From the NCBI GenBank assembly GCA_030295235.1, contig AP026147.1, positions 558,001 through 622,000 of the forward strand: a stretch of 64,000 nucleotides of DNA, read 5' to 3'. Made by a program: the position numbers and the translations under genes. The notes beneath the pieces are model-generated. The model did no database searches. It was given only the letters and a program-made list of their open reading frames with translations, and was not told the DNA's origin. Positions 22,593 to 33,564 of the stretch are shown here, piece by piece; positions within the stretch are counted from its first letter, which is position 1; the number at the start of each line of letters is the position of its first letter. This stretch comes from Fistulifera solaris. Its lineage: Eukaryota.

Positions 22593-22652
22593 TCGTGACT
22601 CAACGCAAATGCTCAGTCGCGAAAAAAGTAATGTACACTCTAGTACTATAGT
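22593..22652 (+). repeat. Divergent copy of the dispersed element, closest to the satellite variant
   Basis: TCGTGACT...CAGTCGCGAAAAAAGTAATGTACACTCTAGTACTATAGT, preceded by a short (GTC)n run. Confidence 0.55.
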
Positions 22653-23050
22653 GAACTATATTTGACGCCTAGAAAACACGAATCGACGTATCAATCAAAC
22701 ATTTTCATATCGAATTTTTCGTATTCAACATCTGCACTACTCAGTTCAACTTTTGAGATTAAGTGATGATCTATGATCAGCGGTGATTGGAAAGAAACAC
22801 TTGATGAAGTACTCGTTCATGACTCAGGACTAAGCCAGTCACGGAGAAAAACGGACAACACTTTGGGACTATAGTAAAATCGGAGGTGCGCGACAACGTA
22901 CGTTTTCTACCGGTTTTTACGAGCAGGCGGGATGTAATATTTCCATTGCTGCGCATTTCATTTTGCATTTGCTGTGTTGTTTATACTCCGTAATAATTCC
23001 TATTGCATCTTCATCCCTTTGTCTATCATTGAAACGTCTTAACTCGAAAA

Positions 23051-24148
23051 ATGGAGTTGGAAGCAAGTCTCGAAGACGCAAGCACAGAGCAAGAACAAGT
23101 CGAAGCCACCGAAGACACGTCCCATACGGTGTCGCCTCAGCCAACGCCAAATGACGATGATGGGAAATCAGTTAACAGTGATCAAAGCAATACAAGCAAA
23201 AACCCCAAAAAGAGATTAGCGGAATCCGATTTACTCCTAGAATGTGGCGAGAAAATGCCCAAACTGCAAACGTTTTCGCGCTTTCGGCCCCGTCACCAGC
23301 TGCCGCACCAAATCATTGCCCTGGCGTACACCACTTTGATGAAGGGAGACTTCACCAGCGCGGCGCAATCGCAAAGTCAAATGCTGCATCAAAATCCATC
23401 GCTCAGTAAAACACTCCGAATGTTGTTGCCTTGGAAACAAAGTAGTGACAGAGAAGAAGCCGAAGCAATCAGTAAAAGTGCGATGGATGGTCATAATCTG
23501 ATTGAAGCAGATAAGAAAAGGGAAGTCCTGTTACAAAAGCTTCGAAAAATTCCAGAAATACTTCGAATGGAATCATTCGGTTTTCCCATTGACGTATTGG
23601 TCGACCCTAACATCCGGTTATCTTACGATTGGTCGATTCCGATGGGATTGGGCCGCACGACAGGAAGTGCGGCCCTCAATCGATGTTTGTTGCAAGTCGC
23701 TGCTTTGTACCCTGAATATCAAGACTCTGTGCCGCAACTCTCTTCCGAAGAATTTTGTTGGGCCGTGCAATACGAGTGTGACAAGACGGCCAACGTCCTT
23801 TCGCCACCGATCGATGATGTGACGCGCGATGTGTATCAACGATGTCGACAAATTGACGCGTCCCGAACTTCGATGATTCCCATGAAGAGTGCCAAGCAAA
23901 TGAATGAAATGCTGGGACAGTTTCAGGCACGAGCGGCTGCGTTACGAATACGGCAGTGTCATTTGAAGGATTTTGAAAAGGGCCCGACGAAGCCGACGAC
24001 TCCGCCGAATATAGAATCGGAATCTGTCACCGTGTCGAAACCACCGGCATCTTTGTCCTGGGATACAACAACATTTTCATCCTTGTTAGCTCAAAAAGGA
24101 TACGATGATCCTCATGCGTTTAGTTCTCCCTACGATACGTTGTACTAG
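23051..24148 (+). CDS. Hypothetical protein, 365 aa
   Basis: Long ATG-initiated ORF with acidic, disordered N-terminus. No recognised domain. Confidence 0.7.
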   Translation: MELEASLEDASTEQEQVEATEDTSHTVSPQPTPNDDDGKSVNSDQSNTSKNPKKRLAESDLLLECGEKMPKLQTFSRFRPRHQLPHQIIALAYTTLMKGDFTSAAQSQSQMLHQNPSLSKTLRMLLPWKQSSDREEAEAISKSAMDGHNLIEADKKREVLLQKLRKIPEILRMESFGFPIDVLVDPNIRLSYDWSIPMGLGRTTGSAALNRCLLQVAALYPEYQDSVPQLSSEEFCWAVQYECDKTANVLSPPIDDVTRDVYQRCRQIDASRTSMIPMKSAKQMNEMLGQFQARAAALRIRQCHLKDFEKGPTKPTTPPNIESESVTVSKPPASLSWDTTTFSSLLAQKGYDDPHAFSSPYDTLY

Positions 24149-24237
24149 AGGTCAAGTTACATGAAATGTCATCCTACGAAATGCATCTGATATACTATGA
24201 AGACAAAAATGTAACCATGAATCCTTTCCTTGGCGTT

Positions 24238-24927
24238 TTAATGCCGAGTGTGATGATTTGCGGAATGTCGAAAGATGGAGCGACAGGCTGAGGAAGGATC
24301 TTCGTCGCTTTCCTTTGCAGAAGCCTCATATTCAGCTTCTACTTCCTTTGCTTTCTTCTTCATGAGATTTAACATGTTGAGAAAACCGTTACTGCGACCG
24401 GGTGCCACTGTTGCCGCAATGCCAGTTGACTTAATAAACGCTGGATCGACGTTCTGGATAGCGTCGACTGTGTTGTTTGACAATCCGCGAATCAACAAAG
24501 CCGCCAATCCCTTGGTCAGTAAGCCATCTGAGTCACCTACAAATTCAACATAGACTTGGCCATCTCCTTTCTCGACAGCCGTTGCATCAACATGTACGGT
24601 GCTCAAGCATCCAGGCACTTTGTTTTCCGGGATGAGTTGCGTGGGTTCGAGGGGAGTCAGTTGTGTGGCCATGTGTAGGAGTTGTCTGGATCGGACTCGA
24701 TCGTCTTTGACGGATGCAAAGGCGTTTGCTATTTTGAGTAGCTCTGGTGTCAGTCGCATCGGATTCTCTTCTCCATTATCGTTAAGCTCCGAAGAAGAAA
24801 GAGCAGCAAAAGATTGCCAGCAAGACACCGGGCGTGATCGCATCCAAACTGAACGAAATGCGTTGGTGCATACCGTACATAGAGCCACTGTTACGAGGAG
24901 GGGAAAGCGCATGATGGATGAATGCAA
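24238..24927 (-). CDS. sufE: SufE-like Fe-S sulfur acceptor, paralog lacking BolA
   Basis: NKVPGCLSTV (catalytic Cys), GDSDGLLTKGL, PGRSNGFLNML. Presequence ..TNAF-RSVW. Confidence 0.85.
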   Translation of the reverse strand: MHSSIMRFPLLVTVALCTVCTNAFRSVWMRSRPVSCWQSFAALSSSELNDNGEENPMRLTPELLKIANAFASVKDDRVRSRQLLHMATQLTPLEPTQLIPENKVPGCLSTVHVDATAVEKGDGQVYVEFVGDSDGLLTKGLAALLIRGLSNNTVDAIQNVDPAFIKSTGIAATVAPGRSNGFLNMLNLMKKKAKEVEAEYEASAKESDEDPSSACRSIFRHSANHHTRH

Positions 24928-26145
24928 TTACCTGAATTACCTGATTTTGTTCACAGAGTTGTCTTTTGGTGAAACCAAAGCAGTAATTTGTCATAGGCTT
25001 GCGGGGTGTTTACGAATGCGAAATTTTTTATTCACGTCATGATGATACGTTTATTTCCTGTGTCTGTCTAGTGTCCTGCATCCCCTAAAAACGCTTTCTA
25101 CTCTTCTCTAGTCACTGGAAATAGAAGTATGAAATCAGAATGTATGTAAATTACCTACGTATACTATACGTCCAATGTCCAATTCGCTCCTCGCCCTGAC
25201 GAAAGTGAATCTAAGAAAGCGATAACATAAAAGTGCTGAACTCAAGTTTAAAAGTTTACTTTTGCCCTGGTTGAGCGGCAGCCATTGCTGCTTGCAAACC
25301 GAATTCACGTCGAAAGCGGAGAAATGTGAAACCAAATGCATGGTTTTTGAATTTCTCGCAAGCAAGGATCGTTGCAAATGAGTGCACGAATGTTTGAGAT
25401 CTGTTTTCAATGGCATAAACTTTCGTCGCGAGCCGTGCAGTATTTTGGCGCTTCTACAAGTACGAGACAAAACGTGAAACGGAGTTTGGCATACTACCTG
25501 GTACGCACGGTACCGGTACCGTAGCAGGGAGCAGAGAGCAAAGTGGCGAAGATCTGCTCGCTCGTAGCGCGCTTCTGTCTTCTGTTCCGCGTTCTGCGTT
25601 CTTCAGTTCTTCAAGCAACGCCCCACAATAAGAGTACCTTAACTGTACTGGAAGACTGGAAGCTGGAAGAGACTATTTATTTATTTTTTTTAATTTTTTT
25701 AAAAAAAAATAAGCATTGATCATTGAACGTAATGTACCTGGTACAAACTTTAGGTACAAACTACAAACTCTTGTATCACTTCTCCGCTTATACATAACAA
25801 ACAAATAAATTAATTTTACTAGGATTATTGAATTTTTATGATGAAAGATACAGAACTAGGAATTTGATGGCTTAAATCATCAAGAATTTCAGGGCGTCAC
25901 AAGTTTCTAGAAATTTTTCTCGTGACAATAATATTTTTCTGTTCTGCTCGAATCCCGGATTGAATCTAACAGTGCGGTGGCTTTCACGAGCAATCCAGTG
26001 CACGATAATTTTTAGGGAAAAGAAAAGCGAAAATAGAATTGGACTTAACATTGCAAACTGCGTACATGATGTTTTGAGTCGCAAAAGTTTGATGTTGGCG
26101 CCGTTTGCGTGCGTAGCCAGTCGTTCTAACGTGAAACGTGACTCG

Positions 26146-26823
26146 TCAGTCTAGTCTCAACTGAGTAGTCCTCAAAACTTGCATAGAATGCATAAGAGCT
26201 TCAAACATAGCCCCCTCTCCACCTGACATGTCTTCAGTCTTGCCGGATGCTAGATAGTTGGCTTCCAATTCCTTTGCTTTGCTTTTCATGACGTTCAACA
26301 TGTTGAGGAAGCCGTTATTGCGTCCTGGAGTAAGGGATGCTTTGTAGCAGATTTTATAGATAAACGCGGGATCGACTTTTTGAATGTCGCCCGCTGTGTT
26401 TCCCGATAGACCGCGAATCAACACCGCTGCTAGTCCCTTGGTCAATACTCCATCAGAGTCCCCTACAAAATTGATGCGAATGCTGCCGTCTCCTTCGTCG
26501 ATCACAGTTCCGTCGACGTACACTGTGTTTGAGCAGCCAGGGACTCTGTTTTGTGGAATGGCTTGGGATGGATGGATCGGAGTCAGCTTGGTTGCCATGT
26601 ACGAGAGCTGCTTAAACCGAAGCTTATCATCTCCAATAGATTCGAAGGCGTTGTAGATCTTGAGCAATTCTGGTGTCAGTCGCATCGGATTGTCTTGAGT
26701 CTCACTGGAGACAATTGAAGAATGCAACGCCGAACCAACTCGTGTGCGCAAAGGCGTTGCACGGAAGGCATTGCTTGCTGAAAACGAGCAGAGGACAAGT
26801 GTCATGAGTAGAAGAAAGCGCAT
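26146..26823 (-). CDS. sufE: SufE-like paralog with truncated/degenerate BolA tail
   Basis: NRVPGCSNTV, GDSDGVLTKGL, LTPGRNNGFLNML. ATG at 26823 (MRFLLLM...SNAF-RATP). Confidence 0.85.
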   Translation of the reverse strand: MRFLLLMTLVLCSFSASNAFRATPLRTRVGSALHSSIVSSETQDNPMRLTPELLKIYNAFESIGDDKLRFKQLSYMATKLTPIHPSQAIPQNRVPGCSNTVYVDGTVIDEGDGSIRINFVGDSDGVLTKGLAAVLIRGLSGNTAGDIQKVDPAFIYKICYKASLTPGRNNGFLNMLNVMKSKAKELEANYLASGKTEDMSGGEGAMFEALMHSMQVLRTTQLRLD

Positions 26824-27894
26824 TTTGGTGGAACGCTTAAAAATTTCCCGGCTAAAATTATGAGAGCTTTGTAAAGCGAGAGACGTGTGAGCTCGGCAGG
26901 AGAGCAGGAGAGTCAAAGTTCCAAGTCAAACATAAAGATCTGTTCACTGTTGAAGGTCGAAGAGCAATGGTATTTTGAATTTTGAGACGGGGATCGAAAG
27001 ATGTTTGCCCGAAATCTAGCAAACTGTAACTTTTTCACTTTTGTCCGTTTTTAGCCAACCAAACCTAAATACTAAATACCAAGTTACTCTGAATCACAGT
27101 TGTAGGAACATATCGATTTTGTCTCTTGTCAATTGTCTAATTGTCTGTTGTCTGGGTTCTCGTTCTAACATATGGGATACGTGGGACTCGCACGTGACTC
27201 GTGACTCGTGACTGGTGATACGGAAATATTTACTTATTCCTCGAAATGGAAATGGCGTGGCACTTCATAAGCCCCATCTTTAGGGCAATACTTATCATTA
27301 TAGGGCAGTAATAAGATCTCTTTGCGGCAAGCGGCAACGCATGACTGGGCAGATGAACCAAGAATCAGAAATGTTTCCATCTTACTCCGTAGGTCTTAAA
27401 TTTTAAAATCTCTTTTAGCGAAACCTACCGCAAGTCCTACTGTACGTCTAGGGTGATCATAAACTGTTCTAGTTTATAAATCTATTACATAAGGGTCTCC
27501 ATTCTCCATTCTCCAGTCTCAAATCATCAATTCTCAATTGCCAGGGTGCTGTACCACAAGCTCCAATCTCAAAGTGCTCAGACTTTTTTAGGTGAAGAAA
27601 TGGAATGATGAAACGGAAGATGCGAGAATACCGTAGTTTTCAATCAAAGTAGGCGTCTTTACCTAGTAGATGCGTGAGTGTTTGTTTCTTAGTGCAACCG
27701 AACTGCATGTACAACATAGCAAACCGGGGCCAAAACTTCTGTCAACAGCCGCTAATAGCCACAGAACATGTGAATTCGTCGTTCTTGACAACAAAGGAGA
27801 TACTATCCTTTGTTGTTGTCAAGCTGGACAAAAGTTGAACCAGTGCATACTGCGAGGGTGGGTACACCTACATTAATCACTCTAAACAAAGCAT

Positions 27895-28797
27895 TCATTT
27901 ATTAACCTCTTCAGGTGTCTTTGCGCTAATTTGCAATGCATGAATGCGTGGCATCACATCTCCCAGTAGCATGTACACGAGCTTGTGTCGTTTTACCAAA
28001 TTCAAACCTTCAAATGCCGATGCTACAATTTCTAGATTGAAATGTGTTTCCCCGTCTTTGCTGGCTTCTCGGTGTCCGGCGTGTTGATAGGAAACATCTT
28101 CCAGTTTCAAAGAGACGGGTTTGAGAGCTTGCAAGCCCTGAACAATAGCCTGATACATGGGTTTCTCGTCTCCAGCTGTGGTAGTTGCCGATTCACTCGG
28201 GCCAGTCGCTTGGTAATTCGCCTCCAGTTGCTTTGCTTTGATCTTCATGACATTCAGCATATTCAGGAAACCATTGTTTCGACCGGGAGTCAGGGATGCG
28301 GCAATTCCGGTCTTTTGAATAAATCCAGGATCGACGTTTTGAATATCTTCCGCCGTGTTGCCCGACAGTCCACGTACTAATAAAGCTACGAGACCTTTGG
28401 TCAATAATCCATCCGAGTCGCCCACAAATTCAATACGAATGACGCCGTCTCCTTTATCGACCGCAGTACCGTCGACGTAAACAGTACTTAAACAACCGGG
28501 AACTTTGTTTTCTGGAATGGCTTGAGACGGATCGATGGGTGACAATTGCGTCGCCATATATAACAGTTGTTTGTATCGGAGTTTGTCATCGCCAATGGAT
28601 TCAAAAGCGTTCGCAATCTTGAGTAATTCCGGCGTCAAACGCATAGGATTGTCCGTGTGAGTATCCTCTTGTGTCGAACTCGAAGCCGCCGAAGACCGCA
28701 AACCCATTCCACTGCGTGTACGAAGGGGCGTCACACAAAAGGCATCGTTCGTTGTGAAGGAACAGAAAAGAACCGTTGCGAAAAGAGAAAAGCGCAT
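27895..28797 (-). CDS. sufE: Plastid SufE-BolA fusion (SUFE1-like)
   Basis: SufE domain (KVPGCLSTV) plus BolA domain (EDVSYQHAGH...ETHFNLEIVASAFEGLNLVKRHKLVY...IHALQISAKTP). Presequence ..NDAF-CVTP. Confidence 0.93.
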   Translation of the reverse strand: MRFSLFATVLFCSFTTNDAFCVTPLRTRSGMGLRSSAASSSTQEDTHTDNPMRLTPELLKIANAFESIGDDKLRYKQLLYMATQLSPIDPSQAIPENKVPGCLSTVYVDGTAVDKGDGVIRIEFVGDSDGLLTKGLVALLVRGLSGNTAEDIQNVDPGFIQKTGIAASLTPGRNNGFLNMLNVMKIKAKQLEANYQATGPSESATTTAGDEKPMYQAIVQGLQALKPVSLKLEDVSYQHAGHREASKDGETHFNLEIVASAFEGLNLVKRHKLVYMLLGDVMPRIHALQISAKTPEEVNK

Positions 28798-29199
28798 ATT
28801 ACGGAATAAAATAGGACTTTACTTTTATAAAAGAATGAATGAGAGAGTTGCTCTCTTTTGCTTTGCATTGAAATAAGCGGTTGTTGCGATGTTCATTCGT
28901 TTTTTTTCTGTTTTTCCTTCGTGTGACGTGTTTGCTTCAATAGAACACGTTCTGGTCCATACTGCAAATTATACCTCTGTGACAAAGGTAAATTCTTACG
29001 GGCGAGGGACGGACCTTCCCGCGCCAGTTTCATTTCATCCATCATCTCCATTTCGATTTCGATGGCCTCCACACCACACCCATCATCAGCCCCGAACTCC
29101 TTGCTATAGTGCTTTGCATAAAGACTCAAAAGTCCAATCAAATAGTCACTAATAACTGTAGTGGAGGCTACTCGGATCATTTGCCCTCGAATCAAAAGC

Positions 29200-30870
29200 A
29201 TGCGACAAAACGCATGCACAGGATATCCTTCTCTGAGATTGCTTTCATTTTTGTTCTTGTTACAAATAGCATTATGGAACTTTTCGCAAGCATTCATCCC
29301 TGCGTTTCCATCCTCTCGCACCCGCACATCAATGCTCATGGCATCCCAATATGACACACAAACTTACATGGCCACTTGCATTCCTGGTTTGGCATCTGTC
29401 CTAAGCGAAGAATTGACCGAATTGCGTTGCCAACAAGTCACGCCAGCATCTACTTCCGCCGTTTGGTTCCAAGCTGATTTACCTACCGTCTTGCGGGTAA
29501 TCTTGTGGGTACGCACGGCTCACAAAGTACTCGAATTGCTGGCAACGGCCGAAGATATTCGCGACAAGGACGGCCTCTATCAATGGATCCAAAACACCAT
29601 CCCGGTCGCCGAAGTACTGCAGAGTCACAGCAATCAACAGCAACCATCGCAGTGGCTGACGCTATCTGTACAAGTCATTCGCAATCAGGTGACGCAGTTG
29701 CCGTCCGACTTGACGCATTCTCATTTTACGGCATTGACCATTAAGAATGCTTTGGTTGATCAGGCACGTGACCTCTCATCGGATCGACCCAGTGTCAGTT
29801 TAGACGATCCAGATGTTCCGCTCGTAGCTATTTTGCACGGATCTCGCGGTGCAGCACAAGTCTCTCTGTATCGACAGTTGCATACGGATTCGTTGCACAA
29901 ACGGGGCTACCGATCGGGCGATGCCATTCACAAGGCAGCGATGAAAGAATCATTAGCAGCCGGACTGCTGAGGCAAGCTGGCTTTTCTTCTCCGTCACAC
30001 TTCCATCAGAAAGTAATTGTGGATCCCATGGCGGGTTCCGGGACTTTGTTGATTGAAGCGGCTTTGATGTCGGCCAATATTGCACCGGGACTCGTGAACA
30101 TAAAATGTGGTGGAACACGGCAACCTCCCGTAGTGCGATGGCATCACACACAAGATGTCATGTCACTTTGGAAGGATATTTTACAAGACGCGACACAAGA
30201 CGCTAAAACAGGTTTACAATTCTTACGAGAATCACAATTTTGTCGTTTCTATGGCAATGAGTTGCATCCGAGTGCTATGCAGCTATTTCGAGACTCGTTG
30301 TACCAGGCGGGTCTTTCGGATCTGGTTGCGATTCAACAAGGAAATTGCAATACTTATGAAATACCGTCTCACGAAAGTAGTGCTGTGACGGTGGTAACTA
30401 ATCCTCCCTGGGGGGTCCGTTTGGAGACTGACAGTGAAGATGAAGCGTGGAATGATTTACGTACATTTCTGCGTTCACAATTACCACCGGGCAGTGAGGC
30501 CTGGGTTTTGTCAGGAAACAAAAATAGTACGCGTCAATTAAAATGGAAACGAACGAACATGTTTCCGATACAAACAGGACAACAACAGCTTCGATGGATT
30601 CAATATAAGGTACTTTCCGATGAGGAACGAAATGCGCAATTGGAAGACGACAATGATGATGAGAAAAGGTACGATAGCCGCCCGCGATCTTCGATTCGAA
30701 CATTTCAGCGAGACCCGCAGCAGATACAACAGCGCGATGGGCAGCGGACGTTCAAAGATACGAGTCACAAACCAAGAAAGCCGCCAAGGGATTCTAACGA
30801 CCGAAAGCCACAGAAAAGAGTTATCAGATCACAAAACCAAGCCAGTAATTCCAACGAATGGCTCATATAG
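29200..30870 (+). CDS. THUMP + m2G methyltransferase, RlmL (RlmKL N-terminal)-like, probably plastid
   Basis: SLHKRGYR...AAMKESLAAGLL, VDPMAGSGTLLIEAA, VTNPPWGVRL. Signal plus SQAF-IP presequence. Confidence 0.88.
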   Translation: MRQNACTGYPSLRLLSFLFLLQIALWNFSQAFIPAFPSSRTRTSMLMASQYDTQTYMATCIPGLASVLSEELTELRCQQVTPASTSAVWFQADLPTVLRVILWVRTAHKVLELLATAEDIRDKDGLYQWIQNTIPVAEVLQSHSNQQQPSQWLTLSVQVIRNQVTQLPSDLTHSHFTALTIKNALVDQARDLSSDRPSVSLDDPDVPLVAILHGSRGAAQVSLYRQLHTDSLHKRGYRSGDAIHKAAMKESLAAGLLRQAGFSSPSHFHQKVIVDPMAGSGTLLIEAALMSANIAPGLVNIKCGGTRQPPVVRWHHTQDVMSLWKDILQDATQDAKTGLQFLRESQFCRFYGNELHPSAMQLFRDSLYQAGLSDLVAIQQGNCNTYEIPSHESSAVTVVTNPPWGVRLETDSEDEAWNDLRTFLRSQLPPGSEAWVLSGNKNSTRQLKWKRTNMFPIQTGQQQLRWIQYKVLSDEERNAQLEDDNDDEKRYDSRPRSSIRTFQRDPQQIQQRDGQRTFKDTSHKPRKPPRDSNDRKPQKRVIRSQNQASNSNEWLI

Positions 30871-31325
30871 TTTGTTGTATGACTCCCAATAAATCATTCA
30901 CTATTAGAGGCACCGTACCGAAGCTTGGTTCATGCTAAGTTCCTTCTGTCAGAGTTGCTAGTTTCAGAAAGAACTCAATGTGCTTCAATTAATAAAAAAG
31001 GATAAATATTGTGAATCAAAGCCATAACAGAATTTGGATTGTAATGCTCACTTATTTAGGTTATTGTATTAACAAGCTACATGATAGGCTTCAAGTTTAG
31101 CCGATGCCGATACTTCAAGACCAGAATTGAGTCACGATGGGCATCGGGGGAAAAATGACGCGCATGATTTTTTTAAGACCCCGACTGGCGATTGATTTCA
31201 TTTAGTATAGTAGGACGAACAAAGGATGGTAATGAAGTCGACATTGCTTTGTTGTGATGTCAAAGGCGTTATATTTTTGTGAAAAGGCATCGCGATACAA
31301 GCGCGACAAATGAAAAAGTTGTGTT

Positions 31326-31615
31326 TCATGACTACAATCCAGTCTTGACTGGCGTAAACCAACACTCTGTTTGATAGTGGAAATTCTAGGTGTCGATCAT
31401 CGGATTTTTTCGATGTGAAAAATAAAAGAAACTCTTAACAAGTAGTTCAAGTTCATCATTGTTGCGACTTTACTTACCCGTCATTATAACTATATTCGCA
31501 GTTGAATGACAATGGACGGATGCGAGAGACGCAAAACGGAACTCTTTGTTTTTCGGTTCATGACTACTGTACAATCCAGTCTTGGGTGGCGTAAACTAAC
31601 ACCCCGCATCATAGT
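31326..31615 (+). repeat. Two direct copies of the dispersed ~53-bp element
   Basis: 31326-31378 TCATGACTACAATCCAGTCTTGACTGGCGTAAACCAACACTCTGTTTGATAGT. The second copy at 31558-31615 has a 5-bp insertion. Confidence 0.75.
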
Positions 31616-31815
31616 GAAATTTCAATGATTCTTCACGAAAAATTCTAGAATTATGTACCCAATGCGGCAATCCCATTTTTGCGCAACCGTTCGCTTTAAT
31701 GAAGCTCAAAACATTGCTGTTGCGAAGATTCTCTCTCTCGTTTAAGCAAATTACGCTTAATCAGCATCGTAACTCGAGTATACGAAAGCAATTTTGAAGA
31801 GTTTCAGAATCAACA

Positions 31816-32517
31816 ATGACAGACGACAATTTGGCAATTGTGAGTGACAAATCCTCGGAGGAATCGCCCAGTGAAACCAAAAGGACTCCACTTCCTTTAG
31901 GATGGACACGAGTCAAACGTCGAAGAAGCGACAAAGAGGATGAAACTTGCTGTGAAGATCCTTCTTGTCGAATACGCCAAGCTCCTTTGACATTAGCGAC
32001 CTTGAAAGACGACTCATCGACGAATGCGCGTTCATTTCAAGGAACGGCGGTGTTCTGCTTACACGAAATGAACCCAAGTTGGTTTCAAGGGTACTTCTTT
32101 CAAGGAACTACTACTTGGGGCATTCTGTGTGAACAGCAAGAAGTGGATGATTGTTTGCAATGTGCCGATGGAGGATACCGTGTCTTGAACGTGACCCTGC
32201 ACACCTATTCGGGGGGAGTCGATTCACCCGAGAAAATTGTGATTCGCAATGTTGAATGGACCGGTGGGGATATGATGCGCTTGCTTCAAGCGGAAGGACA
32301 GCTACGCATGGAACCGACACAGTTGTACACGGCAGAAAAGGCCGTTCCATTGACGAAAAGTCTCTTCAAAACTCTTCTTCGAAAGTTGTCTCATGAAAGC
32401 GACCCTGATAAGGAACAGCAGGTTTTAGATATTCTTCCCGATGTTGCCATCATCATGGGTGAAATGAAGGTTATGGTGCCGATCCGTCAAGAAGACGACG
32501 ACGAAGAAGATTCATAG
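31816..32517 (+). CDS. Hypothetical protein, 233 aa
   Basis: ATG ORF in ACAATG context with acidic C-terminus. No recognised domain. Confidence 0.7.
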   Translation: MTDDNLAIVSDKSSEESPSETKRTPLPLGWTRVKRRRSDKEDETCCEDPSCRIRQAPLTLATLKDDSSTNARSFQGTAVFCLHEMNPSWFQGYFFQGTTTWGILCEQQEVDDCLQCADGGYRVLNVTLHTYSGGVDSPEKIVIRNVEWTGGDMMRLLQAEGQLRMEPTQLYTAEKAVPLTKSLFKTLLRKLSHESDPDKEQQVLDILPDVAIIMGEMKVMVPIRQEDDDEEDS

Positions 32518-32825
32518 CTGTCAAATTCATAACGTGCGACGCAATTTCAGAAATTCTAATAAAGTGTAGAATTGAGCCAATGAATTAGATAACTCTAGAT
32601 TCGTTGAATAGAACAATGCATGAAATTGGAATCAATCTGTGATGGCATACACTCTCATAGTGGACTTAATCGGTTCGCGCATCAGCTGTCATTGACACTT
32701 CACAACCCAAACCGATAAATACAAAGATTAGGCAGTGTATCCCATACTTTCTACAGAGCTTTATGATTTCTAAGATAAGGTGTTTGTTCCGGAAAATTTC
32801 CGCTCCCCCAAAGGGCCGAAAACGA

Positions 32826-33564
32826 CTACTTGGAGCGCACAAATTTGACTCGTCGTTTGGGGCCTCGATACATAAACAGTGTACCCGTCAGCATGGGAAT
32901 TTTGATGACATCGTCGTTGCTCGTGGGTGCTTTTGGAGCCGGTCGGGGTTTCGGAGGCAACACGATTTCTTCAATCCCTTTAAACAACCCCAGCGCGTTC
33001 CCGGAACTGCGGGTCGCAGCTCGTGTTGTGTGAATCTTTTCGGGATTCTCGACTGTCTTCTTGTTATTGGAAATGGTTGTAGCCTTTCGTGATACAAACA
33101 CAACCGACTTTTTCGCTTTTATGATCGTCGGTTTTGTGCTTTTCTTGGAAGGTGAGCTCCTTCGTTCACTCGACGTGTCCCCGTCACTGTCGGCGAGAGA
33201 AGAATTGTTTTCGTGACTACCTTCTTCCGTAATACTGCGCAACAGACGTTCCGGAATGCTCTGTTCATCATTATCTTCCGTTCGAACGATCCAGTGTGTG
33301 TCGGGAAGTGTCGTGACGGGAGATGAATCTCCGTGGACGACCATGGACTTGTCTTCGGTCTTGGCGAGAAGAATGCCGATCGCCACGGATTTGCCGTGAA
33401 TGATCTATGTTTCGACGGGAATGTAATGATTAGTGCATGTAGAAGAGTCACAGCAGACGACTACTTGTTGTGTTTCGAATCTTTCCTTCACTTACCTCCA
33501 CTTTGTCGCCGACTTTGTAAAGTCGCGGCGGCTCATCCGACTGGGAACGGCGTGTCGAAACCAT
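32826..33564 (-). CDS. Hypothetical two-exon protein with conserved basic C-terminal motif
   Basis: Exon 1 MVSTRRSQ...VGDKVE, intron 33405-33495, exon 2 IIHGKSVAIG...DDVIKIPMLTGTLFMYRGPKRRVKFVRSK. Confidence 0.7.
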
